This document shows, piece after piece, positions 9,160 through 18,908 of a DNA stretch of 64,000 bases. The notes under the pieces are model-generated. The model was not told where the DNA came from. It saw only the letters and a list, made by a program, of their open reading frames with translations, and ran no database searches. Origin of the DNA: Phormidesmis sp. (lineage in GTDB: Bacteria; Cyanobacteriota; Cyanobacteriia; Leptolyngbyales; Leptolyngbyaceae); NCBI GenBank assembly GCA_965248535.1, contig CBDFJR010000002.1, positions 608,001-672,000 on the forward strand. Direction: 5' to 3'. The translations under genes were made by a program, and so were the position numbers. Positions within the stretch are counted from its first letter, which is position 1. Every line of letters starts with the position of its first letter.

Positions 9160-10197
9160 GTGACCGAGCTACCGTTTTCGTCTAAAAAATCTAATCTGAT
9201 CTGGATTGTCTTAATCGCCAGTCTCAGCCTGGGTGGATGCAGCATTGAGAAAGCGCGGGCGCTGCAAGGGGCAGCCGTGCAGTTTAAAACAGAATCTTTG
9301 GCTGCGATCGACGCGATCGACCAAATGCGACAACGAGAATTAGAAGCACCGCCACGATCGCAGTCTGAGATTCGTCAGGGGTTTATCTCGCGGTTGCTCA
9401 ACTCTAAAGTTGACCTCAACAGCACCGTAATCGACCTAGCGATCGACCCGTTTCAGCCGCCCAAAGTTGCCGAGTGGGATGATTTCATCATCGATCTGCG
9501 GAGCCAATATGAAGGGTTTGCCTCGATTTTTGACAAGCTAAATAGCGGCACCTTAATCAGCCAAAGCGAAGCCCAGCAGTCGGCTGAATATGCCCGCAGG
9601 CTAACGGTGCAAATGGCGCTGCTGGCCGACGCGATTAACAAAAATCCGCCGATGCTGGGTCAATATCGGTCGCGCACGATCGTCAAACTCAAAAAACTTC
9701 GGCAAGATTATCAAACCCTGCTGACTCGCCTCAAAGCTAAAGAGTCAGGAAATTTCGATGGAACCGAAACCCTACAGCAGATGAACCAACGCAAATCAGA
9801 TCTTGAAAACCAAGCCGGAGAACTGATGAATGAATGGCAGCAGACCAAACAAGAAGAACAAAAGCTCCTCGAAACCACCGTTTCTCAATGCACTAAAGCC
9901 GCAACGATGGGCAAAGAATTGGTCGAAGTCGCCAATCACTACGACGAGCTAGATGTGAGTCAACTCAACACCCTGATTCCGAGAATTTTGACAACAGCGG
10001 CTGCTTTTACGGGTCGCGATTACAATACGGTCAGAGTTAAAGCGACTAATCTGGTGGCTCAAATTCAGTCTGACCCCCTGTGGAGTGACGTGACCAAAAC
10101 GCTGCTCGATCGGGTCAACACTGCCGCTGCTAGTCGCACTCAGCTACAGGTCAGATTGCCCCTGTCGCTTCCACCTGCTAATAGCCGCAATCGATAA
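9160..10197 (+). CDS. Putative lipoprotein, helical/coiled-coil, unknown function
   Basis: Basic N-terminus, hydrophobic stretch and lipobox-like LGGC. Body is Q/E/K-rich and helical. Confidence 0.7.
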   Translation: MTELPFSSKKSNLIWIVLIASLSLGGCSIEKARALQGAAVQFKTESLAAIDAIDQMRQRELEAPPRSQSEIRQGFISRLLNSKVDLNSTVIDLAIDPFQPPKVAEWDDFIIDLRSQYEGFASIFDKLNSGTLISQSEAQQSAEYARRLTVQMALLADAINKNPPMLGQYRSRTIVKLKKLRQDYQTLLTRLKAKESGNFDGTETLQQMNQRKSDLENQAGELMNEWQQTKQEEQKLLETTVSQCTKAATMGKELVEVANHYDELDVSQLNTLIPRILTTAAAFTGRDYNTVRVKATNLVAQIQSDPLWSDVTKTLLDRVNTAAASRTQLQVRLPLSLPPANSRNR

Positions 10198-10214
10198 CCT
10201 CACCTCACCGCTCT

Positions 10215-10514
10215 ATGTCTGACTCTAATCACCTGTTTTTGCAACAAGTCGCCAATTTGATGAATGACCTCAACGTGCGCTACATGGAGGCGGAATTTGA
10301 CGATCAGGTGCAGCTTAAAGATCAGCTAGATCAAGCGATGAATGATTTTTCTAAAGCAAAGTTAGCGATTCTCAAAAACACCATCACCTGCACCGCCGAC
10401 GATGTGAGACAGATGCAGCAACTGCGACAGCGACTCGCAAAAGCCCCTAATTTGCAGCAAATTTTGACGACCGTTATTAGTTTTGCAAACTTTGTTCGAT
10501 TGCGGTTTCTCTAA
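10215..10514 (+). CDS. Small helical hypothetical protein
   Basis: 99-aa ORF packed with 17- and 27-nt gaps inside the operon. Confidence 0.7.
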   Translation: MSDSNHLFLQQVANLMNDLNVRYMEAEFDDQVQLKDQLDQAMNDFSKAKLAILKNTITCTADDVRQMQQLRQRLAKAPNLQQILTTVISFANFVRLRFL

Positions 10515-10541
10515 GCATCACGGGCTATTGGCAAACGAACT

Positions 10542-11753
10542 ATGATCACGATCGAGCGCCTTGATCAACTTCTCACCGACTGGAAGCACAAACTCAATTT
10601 GGTCAGTCAAAACCTGATTGACCTTCAAGATTTGCCCACTTATCAACAGTTGGCAGGCGCGCCCGGAGTCGCAAAAACCCAGTTAATCGGAGTCACCGCC
10701 ACCCAGGTCACGCCAGCTTTAGAGGCGATTAACGAGCTATTTCAGCAGTTTGATTTGCTGACTCAGCCGATCGAGCAGGCGACTCAGCTTCGCAAGCAAA
10801 TGTCTCGGTTTTTGGGGTCAGAAAAAGCGCTGCAAGATATTGAAACGCTGCTGACGGGCGCTTCGATTCGGCTGCCTGTGGTACAAACGCCCCTCGCCAA
10901 CCGAGATTTGCTCACGGCCGCAGAAACCACAGCGACGATCGCGCCTGCTCAACTGCTGTCGGTGATGATGCAGCGATTTCAAGCCGCGAGAGATGTGGTG
11001 TTGGCCGTTGATGCGGCATGGCTGGCACTAGAGTCTATGCTGGTGGCGGCTGAGGCTGAGATCCGATCGCTTCAGCAATCGGCAAATTTAATCGATCAGG
11101 GTTCTCTAACAGAATTGGGGCAAGTGCATCAAGCGATCGCCACTTTGCACGATCGCATTCAGCAAGATCCGTTAGGGGTGAGAATAGAATTTGAGCAAAC
11201 CCTTCAGCCTTTGATCACACGAGCTAGAAATGCCGTTCAAAAAGGAGTTCAGCAACAGGCGCAAGTGCGAGAGAGACTGGCGATCGCTCAAACGCTATTG
11301 ACTCAATTAGAAACACTGCATCAAAAAAATCTAGCCGCCTTTGCGGAAAGTCAAGAAAAAGTTGTGGATCACTCTTTGCTACAAGCTCCGATCGCTCCAG
11401 AGCATCTTTCTGCCCTCGGTCAATGGCTGACTCGCCTCGCAGCCAAATCAGCCGAGGGGCTAGTCAGCCCCGTTTTGATTGGCCTAGACAATTGGATCAC
11501 CCAAGCCCAAGCGTCTATCGCCTCCGAAAAACGGGCATACTCAGCTAATCTCAAACCCCTCGAAACTCGCCGTGAGTTACGCGGCCGACTCGATGCCCTC
11601 AAAGCCAAAGCTCTCGCGAGAGGATTTGCTGAAGATGCCACCCTGGTTGAACTTGCCGCCCAAGCTAAACAGCTTCTCTACACCCGTCCTACGCCCCTAG
11701 ATGCCGCGATCGCATTAGTTGCCCACTATGAAAAACGTCTCAATAGTCATTAG
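10542..11753 (+). CDS. Coiled-coil protein resembling the uncharacterised gene beside actinobacterial pknG-like kinases
   Basis: 403-aa helical ORF with C-terminal RRELRGRLDALKAKALARGFAED. Resemblance is from recall, not searched. Confidence 0.7.
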   Translation: MITIERLDQLLTDWKHKLNLVSQNLIDLQDLPTYQQLAGAPGVAKTQLIGVTATQVTPALEAINELFQQFDLLTQPIEQATQLRKQMSRFLGSEKALQDIETLLTGASIRLPVVQTPLANRDLLTAAETTATIAPAQLLSVMMQRFQAARDVVLAVDAAWLALESMLVAAEAEIRSLQQSANLIDQGSLTELGQVHQAIATLHDRIQQDPLGVRIEFEQTLQPLITRARNAVQKGVQQQAQVRERLAIAQTLLTQLETLHQKNLAAFAESQEKVVDHSLLQAPIAPEHLSALGQWLTRLAAKSAEGLVSPVLIGLDNWITQAQASIASEKRAYSANLKPLETRRELRGRLDALKAKALARGFAEDATLVELAAQAKQLLYTRPTPLDAAIALVAHYEKRLNSH

Positions 11754-11777
11754 CAGTCTACTCACAGGAGTGGTTGA

Positions 11778-13946
11778 ATGAACGGCGCTCCCTGCACTCG
11801 AACCCCTTGCACAGGAACCCTTGACGATGGGTATTGCGACGTTTGCGGACTCGCGGCGATCGCGACTTCTAGCGCTCAGTTCAGCGCCAGAGTCACCGGA
11901 AGAAGCGTCCCTACGACCGGAACGGGGTCTTCGCCCTTGACCAATCGGGCTTCTAAAGGGTCGCGGCGCACTCAATCGACCTCAGCCCGCAGCACTCGCA
12001 GACAGTTAGGCGCAGGCTTAATTTCGGTGCCCGACTTGCCTTCAATCGAGCCAGAAAAGGCGATTTTGATTGAAGCAAAAGTGCCCGAAAACAAACGCTT
12101 TTGCGGCAACTGCAACAATGCTCTCAAGCGAGAAAAAGGCTTTTGCAGCAAATGCGGACAGAAATATTCCTTTGTCGCCACCCTAAAACCGGGCGATGTG
12201 GTGGCGGGTCAATATGAAGTCAAAGGCGCGATCGCTTACGGCGGTCTAGGCTGGATTTATCTCGGCATTGACAAAACTCTGTCGCGCTATGTGGTGCTCA
12301 AAGGGTTGCTCAACACCGAAGATGCCGCTAGCGCTGCCGTTGCGGTGGCCGAGCGTCAGTTTCTCGCGGCGGTCAAACACCCCAACATTGTGGGCATCTA
12401 TAACTTTGTCAACCACGGCACCGAAGGCTTCATCATCATGGAGTATGTCGGCGGGCAAACTCTCAAAGACCTTCGCAAACAGCGAGGCTTGCTGCCCGTC
12501 ACCGAAGCGATCGCCTATATTCACCGCATTCTCAGTGCCTTTGCTTATCTGCATCAGTTGGGGTTGGTCTATTGTGACTTTAAGCCTGACAACGTGATGC
12601 TAGAAGGCGATGATGTCAAGCTGATTGACTTGGGCGGAGTGCGCCGCATTGATGATCCCAATGGGGATATTTACGGCACAGTAGGCTACAGTGCCCCCGA
12701 AGCTGGAGACGGCCCCACAATTCCATCCGATCTGTTCACGGTTGCGCGGACGCTGGCGGTGTTAATCACCAACATCAAGGGCTTTAGCAAAGAGCATCTC
12801 TTCACGTTGCCCAATGCCAACGAAGACCCGATTTTTGCTCAACACGAGTCACTCTATCGATTTTTGATCAAGGCGACGGCGGATAATCCTGACGATCGCT
12901 TGCAGACGGCTGATGAGATGGCCGATCAGCTATTGGGGGTGCTGCGAGAAATGGTGGCGTTAGAGACTAACATCCCTCGCCCCACGTCTAGCAATTTATT
13001 TAGCGGCGATCGGTTAGCGCTGATTAACAGCAGCGACTCTGCACCAATTAAAGCCGATTATGATCAGTTACCCATCCCGTTGTTAAATTCCGCCGATCCC
13101 GGATTTAACGCTGTGATGAATGCTAGCGCGATCGCAGACAGCACCCATCGCATTGAGAATTTATCCCAAGCGGTTAAACAGTTTCCTAAGTCAACTGAAG
13201 CGGTTTTGCGATTGGCCAATAGCCTGATCGGAGTCAACTCTGCTCAAGCTGAAACCTATTTAGCCGAGGTTGAAGCCAAAGACCCGTGGGATTGGCGAGT
13301 CTTGTGGTATCGCGGACGATCGCTGATGGCCCAAGGCAAATTTAAAGACGCTCAGGCAGCCTTTGATCAGGTTTATTTTGACTTGCCCGGAGAGTTAGCG
13401 CCAAAACTGGCGTTAGCCCTATCAGCCGAGCAAGCCAAAAATTATCCTTTAGCGATCAAGATGTATGATTTGGTGTCTCGCACCGATCCCGGTTATGTCT
13501 CGGCGGCCTTTGGGCTAGCGCGCTGTCTGTGCGCCACGGGCGATCGTCCAGGAGCCGTTGCCGCTTTAGAACGGGTGCCGCCATCGTCGAGTTTGTTCAC
13601 CCGATCGCGGGTTGAGGTGGCCCGCACGTTGATCAATCGCGATCGCAGCGCGCCCGGTGCTTCTGAGCTAAAGGCGGCTTCGACGGCGATCGAGGCATTG
13701 ACCTTAGACGGCGTTGAGCGGCATCGGCTGACCCAACAAGTGCTCGAAACCGCCCTGCATTTAGTGACCACCAAAGCCGTTTCGCCGACTGCCTCGATCG
13801 CGATTCTCGGTCAACCGCTAGAGGAGTCCAAAATCAGAAAAGGACTCGAAAAAGCCTTACGTGCTCTCGCCCATCTCGCAACAGGGGACGAAAAAATCAA
13901 GCTGGTCGATGAAGCCAATCAGGTCAGACCGAGGAGTTTATTTTAA
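11778..13946 (+). CDS. PknG-type Ser/Thr kinase (Cys-rich N-terminus, rubredoxin-like CxxC pairs, kinase, TPR)
   Basis: VPENKRFCGNC...FCSKCG, GQYEVKGAIAYGGLGWIYL, VVLKGLL, non-RD loop YCDFKPDN, IDLG, YGTVGYSAPE. C-terminal TPRs include PGELAPKLALA and VSAAFGLAR. Confidence 0.9.
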   Translation: MNGAPCTRTPCTGTLDDGYCDVCGLAAIATSSAQFSARVTGRSVPTTGTGSSPLTNRASKGSRRTQSTSARSTRRQLGAGLISVPDLPSIEPEKAILIEAKVPENKRFCGNCNNALKREKGFCSKCGQKYSFVATLKPGDVVAGQYEVKGAIAYGGLGWIYLGIDKTLSRYVVLKGLLNTEDAASAAVAVAERQFLAAVKHPNIVGIYNFVNHGTEGFIIMEYVGGQTLKDLRKQRGLLPVTEAIAYIHRILSAFAYLHQLGLVYCDFKPDNVMLEGDDVKLIDLGGVRRIDDPNGDIYGTVGYSAPEAGDGPTIPSDLFTVARTLAVLITNIKGFSKEHLFTLPNANEDPIFAQHESLYRFLIKATADNPDDRLQTADEMADQLLGVLREMVALETNIPRPTSSNLFSGDRLALINSSDSAPIKADYDQLPIPLLNSADPGFNAVMNASAIADSTHRIENLSQAVKQFPKSTEAVLRLANSLIGVNSAQAETYLAEVEAKDPWDWRVLWYRGRSLMAQGKFKDAQAAFDQVYFDLPGELAPKLALALSAEQAKNYPLAIKMYDLVSRTDPGYVSAAFGLARCLCATGDRPGAVAALERVPPSSSLFTRSRVEVARTLINRDRSAPGASELKAASTAIEALTLDGVERHRLTQQVLETALHLVTTKAVSPTASIAILGQPLEESKIRKGLEKALRALAHLATGDEKIKLVDEANQVRPRSLF

Positions 13947-13951
13947 GCGTC

Positions 13952-14917
13952 ATGCCAACTATTCAATGTCCAACCTGTGATGCCGCCGTTTTGCAAGACG
14001 ACCAGTTTTGTGAAGAATGCGGCACGGCTTTAATCGAGAAATCTGGGATAGGCTGTGAGAAATGCGGTGCGCCGCCGGACACGATCGACGCAGAAGGCTT
14101 TTGCAATCAGTGTGGGTTTCGGCGAGAAGCCAAGACGGGCGATCGTGTGGAAATCATTCTCAACCCCAATTTGGCTGGAGTCAGCGATCGGGGCCTCAGA
14201 CATCATCAAAACGAAGATTTTCTGGCATTGCAAACCCTTGGGACTGCTGAAATTCTGGTCGTTTGCGATGGGGTATCCAGTTCTCATCACCCCGAACTTG
14301 CGTCTCAAGCGGCTTCTAAAAGTGCAAGTTTAGCGCTGGCATCAGCCCTGCAAACCGGAGCCGCGCCAGAGGTTGCCCTTCAGTCGGCGGTCAAGACTGC
14401 CCTCTCAGACGTTTGTCGCTTGGTGGAAGGTCAGTCAGATGCCGAGCCGCCGTCTACCACTTTGGTCGCGGCAGTAGTGCAAGCGGGCATCGCCACGATC
14501 GGGTGGCTGGGCGACAGTCGGGCTTACTGGATTTCGGAAACTGGATCACGACAGTTAACTCACGATCACTCCTGGGTTAATGACGCGATCGCGTCGGGCA
14601 AAATGACCGCAGTCGAGGCCAATCACGCGCCGCAGGCCCACGCAATCACGCGCTGGCTAGGAGCCGATGCCCAAGATGCAGGTGATCCTACGATCGTCCA
14701 GTTTCCGCTTCCTGGCGCTGGTTATCTGCTGCTCTGTAGCGACGGGCTGTGGAACTATGCACCCGCAGCCCAACAGATTCAGGGATTAGTGCAAAAAAGT
14801 TTGAAACTAGATGCGGTGACGATCGCCCGATCGTTGGTTGAGTTTGCCCGATCGCAGGGGGGACGCGATAATATTACCGTTGCGCTATTCATTCATCCTT
14901 CGTTAACGTCTGATTAA
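13952..14917 (+). CDS. PP2C/PPM Ser/Thr phosphatase with N-terminal double zinc ribbon
   Basis: Four CxxC pairs, then DRGLRHHQNED, VCDGVS, GDSRAY, CSDGLWN and GGRDNITV. Confidence 0.92.
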   Translation: MPTIQCPTCDAAVLQDDQFCEECGTALIEKSGIGCEKCGAPPDTIDAEGFCNQCGFRREAKTGDRVEIILNPNLAGVSDRGLRHHQNEDFLALQTLGTAEILVVCDGVSSSHHPELASQAASKSASLALASALQTGAAPEVALQSAVKTALSDVCRLVEGQSDAEPPSTTLVAAVVQAGIATIGWLGDSRAYWISETGSRQLTHDHSWVNDAIASGKMTAVEANHAPQAHAITRWLGADAQDAGDPTIVQFPLPGAGYLLLCSDGLWNYAPAAQQIQGLVQKSLKLDAVTIARSLVEFARSQGGRDNITVALFIHPSLTSD

Positions 14918-14963
14918 TCCAACCGTTATCTTTTTTGTCATATTCTCCATTCCTTACAAATCT

Positions 14964-16241
14964 ATGGCTACTCAATTCACGGCTGAAGTCTTCCAAAATC
15001 AATTTTTGCCCCAAGGGTCGAGAGAAGTCCACGCGATCATGACTGTGAACGCTGGCGAGAACACAGAAATCTCAAGTAGCGTATCGGGCGATCGACTGTT
15101 TGGCATTATTTGCGACACGTCAGGATCAATGGGCGGACAAAAAATCCGATCGGCAAAAGATGCCCTGATCAAAGTCGTCAATCTGCTTCCCGAAGATGCC
15201 CATTTTTTCATTGTCACGGGGGCAAGCAGTGCGCGATTAGTCGCTCCATTAACCCAAGCCACGCCTGAAAATAAACAGCGCGCGATCGTCAATATTCGCT
15301 CGATCGAAGCCAGTGGCGGAACGCTGATTTCAACCTGGCTGAATGCGGCGCTTAAACAGTTTCAGCAAATGCCGACCGCCATTCGTCAAGCCTTATTGCT
15401 GACCGACGGGCAAAATGATGAATCGGATGAAAAAGCCTTCGATCGGGTGCTTAAAACCTGTGAGGGCGTGTTTCAATGTGACTGTCGAGGAGTCGGAACC
15501 GACTGGCGCGTTGCTCAACTCAAACGCATTTCTAGCAAGCTTCTGGGCACCACTGACATCATTGCCGATGCGCTGCTGATTGAAGCTGATTTTCAGGCGA
15601 TCTTGCAGCAGGCGATGGGCAAAAACATTAGCGATGTGGCCATGCGGCTGTGGACACCTCAAGGAGCCAAGATTCTGTTTTGCAAGCAGGTCAGCCCTGA
15701 TATTGTCGATCTCACCGATCGGGCAAAATCTCTAAAACCCCAAGTGGTTGACTATCCCACAGGAGCGTGGGGCAAACGCGAATCACGAGATTATCACTTC
15801 TGCATTGAGGTCAATCCGGGGAATGTGGGCGACGAAATGCTGGCGGGTCGAGCGAGTTTGATCTGCACGATCGCGGGCACCGAGACTAAAATCGCCGAAG
15901 CCCGCATCCTGGCAGTTTGGACGGATGACGATGCAAAATCCACTAAGATCGATCGCCGCGTCGCTCACTACACCGGGCAAGCCGAACTCGCCCAAACCAT
16001 TCAAGAAGGGCTAGATGCCCGCAATCAAGGCAACGTTGAAGTCGCCACCGCCAAACTCGGACGAGCCGTTAAAATCGCTCACGAATCGGGCAACGAAGCC
16101 ACCGCTAAACTTCTCAGAACGGTGGTAGAAATCGAGGACGCGCCCACCGGAACCGTGCGATTGAAAAAAGCGATCGCCAAAGAAGACGAAATGGCCTTGG
16201 AAACCCGATCAACCAAAACCACCCGCATTCCCAAGTCATAA
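14964..16241 (+). CDS. vWA domain protein
   Basis: MIDAS DTSGSM, GGT and LLTDG. Confidence 0.9.
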   Translation: MATQFTAEVFQNQFLPQGSREVHAIMTVNAGENTEISSSVSGDRLFGIICDTSGSMGGQKIRSAKDALIKVVNLLPEDAHFFIVTGASSARLVAPLTQATPENKQRAIVNIRSIEASGGTLISTWLNAALKQFQQMPTAIRQALLLTDGQNDESDEKAFDRVLKTCEGVFQCDCRGVGTDWRVAQLKRISSKLLGTTDIIADALLIEADFQAILQQAMGKNISDVAMRLWTPQGAKILFCKQVSPDIVDLTDRAKSLKPQVVDYPTGAWGKRESRDYHFCIEVNPGNVGDEMLAGRASLICTIAGTETKIAEARILAVWTDDDAKSTKIDRRVAHYTGQAELAQTIQEGLDARNQGNVEVATAKLGRAVKIAHESGNEATAKLLRTVVEIEDAPTGTVRLKKAIAKEDEMALETRSTKTTRIPKS

Positions 16242-16249
16242 CCGCTACT

Positions 16250-16948
16250 ATGTCTACCTATCTCTGCCCCAAAGGTCACCAATCTAGCGAGTCAGACTAT
16301 TGCTCAGAATGCGGTGTGAAAATTGTCAGCAGTTCTGCCCCGATCGTGCCTTCCATTCCTCAGCACGCTGCTGTCTTATGTCCCGATTGCAGCGCTCCTC
16401 ACGAACTACACGGCGGCAATTTTTGCGAAATTTGCGGCTATAACTTCTTGACCAAAGCTCACGGAGAATTGCCGATCGTCCCGCCTGCTGTGCCCGTTGT
16501 TGCACCCGTTGCTGTGCCCGAAGTCATAGCACCCCTTGAAACGGTCACGACGAAACAGCCAGAATCAGCGCCTTGTGGCTGGCAAGCAGTGGTCACGATC
16601 GACCCATCTCTACGTCACCCCGATAGCCCAGGGCCGCCAGCAGACCAGCCTCCGATCACGATTCGTCTCGATCAGCCAACTCATTTAATCGGTCGCACCA
16701 GCCAAGCCAGAGCCGTTTATCCCGATATTGCGGTGGATTTGGATGACGCTGTTTCTCATCGCCACGCGATTGTCGATCGCTCGTCAGACAACACGCTGAT
16801 CTTGCGCGATATCGGCTCCTCTAACGGCACTCAATTGAATGGAGTTGAACTCCAACCCATGACAGATGTGACCCTTAAAGACGGGGACGAGATCACGATC
16901 GGGCATTGGACAAAAATCATCATTCAAGCCATTACTCAATCCGCATAA
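16250..16948 (+). CDS. Zinc-ribbon plus FHA domain protein
   Basis: CPKGH...CSECG and CPDC...CEICG, Pro/Val linker, then FHA motifs IGR, VSHRHA, DIGSSNGT. Confidence 0.9.
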   Translation: MSTYLCPKGHQSSESDYCSECGVKIVSSSAPIVPSIPQHAAVLCPDCSAPHELHGGNFCEICGYNFLTKAHGELPIVPPAVPVVAPVAVPEVIAPLETVTTKQPESAPCGWQAVVTIDPSLRHPDSPGPPADQPPITIRLDQPTHLIGRTSQARAVYPDIAVDLDDAVSHRHAIVDRSSDNTLILRDIGSSNGTQLNGVELQPMTDVTLKDGDEITIGHWTKIIIQAITQSA

Positions 16949-16961
16949 TTTGTGATCTACC

Positions 16962-18371
16962 ATGACTGCTATCAAAAAAACCGCAATCAGATCCACTCAA
17001 AAACTAACGACTCCTCAAAAAATTAGAATTGGTGTAGGAATCACTTGGGGACTAGGATTACTATCACTAATTACTACGATTTCAGGAGTGCAACAGCAGC
17101 GTGACGCGATCAAAACGGTGGGCAAAGACACAACGCCTAGCATTATCACAGCCCAACGCTTAAAAGATGGGCTATCGGGAATGGATGCCTTCGCAGCTAG
17201 TGAATTTTTAGTGCCGTCTAGCAACACCCAAAATTCATTTCTAGACCCCATTGGGAAAGATCAAAATGGAGCCATTATTCAAGGCTATAACGAGCGCTAT
17301 AAATCGGTTGCCGAACGATTAGTTATGGCAGCCAATAACCTTACCTATGAGGAAGAGCGAGAACCGATCCAAACCATGCAGCTTGGGATTGGGGAGTATG
17401 TGGCTAAGATTCAGCAGGCGCGAGACGCACACATTCGCCGCGACCAAACTGGAATGTTGACCGCTTATTTGGCGGCGGCTGAAGTTATGGACAATACTCT
17501 TTTGCCTGCTGCCGATCGCTTAGACCAGGCAAACGTTAAAGTTCTCGATCACACCTATGATGAGCAAAAATTTGCCTTTGCCCGATCGCTGTTTTTGATC
17601 ACAATCATCACCCTAGGGCTAACCGGATTCTTAGTCCTGTTTCAGCTATTTCTCAGCCGCCGCACTCGGCGCACGCTGAATCCTTTTTTGCTGTCAGCTA
17701 CGGCGATCGCGCTGGTGTTTTTAGCCCACACGATCGGGTCATTGCTGTCTGCTTCCCATCATCTCAAAGTCGCTAAAGTAGATGCCTTTGACTCAATGCA
17801 CTCTCTGCGTCAGGCTCGTGCGCTTGCTTATGGGGCCAATGCTGACGAGAGCCGCTATTTGCTAGATGCTAAAAATGCCGCCACTCACGAGCGAGCCTTC
17901 TTTAACAAGATGAACCAAATTGCCGCCCCTCCCAACGGTCAGACGCTTGAGCAAATCACGCTTCTCGCTCAACAGCAAACCAAACTCGTCGGGTTAACTG
18001 GGTTTTTGGGAGAAGAGTTAAGCAACATCACATTTCCGGGCGAACGAACGGCCGTGATCGATACCCTGTCTGCGCTCTCTAACTATCTAAAGATCGATCA
18101 ACAAATTCGCCAACTTCAGCAAAGCGGAAAATATCGAGAGGCGATCGCGCTCTGCACAGGCAACAATCCCGGTGAGTCTGATTGGGCCTTTGAGCAATTT
18201 AAAACAGCCAATTCAAAAACCTATGATGTGAACAGTAAAGCCTTTGACGCTGCCATCGGTCAGGGCAATCAAGATCTGGAGGGATTTGAAACCAAAACCA
18301 CGATCGCCCTCGCCGCGATCGCCCTACTCACTCTGCTAGGGACAATGCCTCGCCTTAAAGAATATTCTTAA
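16962..18371 (+). CDS. GlnX-like membrane protein (about 4 TM segments, two extracytoplasmic helical bundles)
   Basis: TM-bundle-TM-TM-bundle-TM layout, RRTRRTLNPFLL loop, DAFDSMHSLRQARALAYGANADESRYLL, ending PRLKEY. Resembles actinobacterial GlnX-type proteins from recall. Confidence 0.75.
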   Translation: MTAIKKTAIRSTQKLTTPQKIRIGVGITWGLGLLSLITTISGVQQQRDAIKTVGKDTTPSIITAQRLKDGLSGMDAFAASEFLVPSSNTQNSFLDPIGKDQNGAIIQGYNERYKSVAERLVMAANNLTYEEEREPIQTMQLGIGEYVAKIQQARDAHIRRDQTGMLTAYLAAAEVMDNTLLPAADRLDQANVKVLDHTYDEQKFAFARSLFLITIITLGLTGFLVLFQLFLSRRTRRTLNPFLLSATAIALVFLAHTIGSLLSASHHLKVAKVDAFDSMHSLRQARALAYGANADESRYLLDAKNAATHERAFFNKMNQIAAPPNGQTLEQITLLAQQQTKLVGLTGFLGEELSNITFPGERTAVIDTLSALSNYLKIDQQIRQLQQSGKYREAIALCTGNNPGESDWAFEQFKTANSKTYDVNSKAFDAAIGQGNQDLEGFETKTTIALAAIALLTLLGTMPRLKEYS

Positions 18372-18384
18372 TGGAGGGCGATCG

Positions 18385-18759
18385 CTAAACCCAACGACCC
18401 ACAACCACCCGCACCGTTCCATCGCTCAAAACGTCCTCTTCTTCAACGTTAAACCCCTGTGCTTGAGCGGTTTCCATTAGAGTTTTGTGAGCATATTTTT
18501 GGCTGATAGAATTCAGAAAGTCCTGCTGGTTAATCTTTGCGCCCCAAAAATCAGCAATCAACTCGTAAGTTTCACCACTGCGCCGAAACCCCAAATCATA
18601 GCCCGTTGACTGCCGAATCACATAGTCAGCTTGAGTGGTGTTGCCTTGATAGCCGCGCACTGGACGATCGCACTCGACTTTATAGCCCAACTCGCTCAAG
18701 ACTTGGTGCAGCCTGTCGCCATTTTTGATCTGAACTTTAACGGTCGTGAAGTGAGACAT
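18385..18759 (-). CDS. DUF1257 (Ycf35-like) protein
   Basis: MSHFTTVKVQIK...VRGYQG...YDLGF...ELIADFW...VVGRW. Confidence 0.85.
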   Translation of the reverse strand: MSHFTTVKVQIKNGDRLHQVLSELGYKVECDRPVRGYQGNTTQADYVIRQSTGYDLGFRRSGETYELIADFWGAKINQQDFLNSISQKYAHKTLMETAQAQGFNVEEEDVLSDGTVRVVVGRWV

Positions 18760-18908
18760 TCATTCACCTTTCAGTTGAGCGCTCTTTTCCGATTGTAGTG
18801 CAGACTCAGACCCAGACCTTTCCCTGGGAATCGGTCAATTCTACCCAAGGCTTAACATAGAGTTCATCTTTATTGGGTAGTCTGAAAACACAATGGAGGA
18901 GGAGTCCT

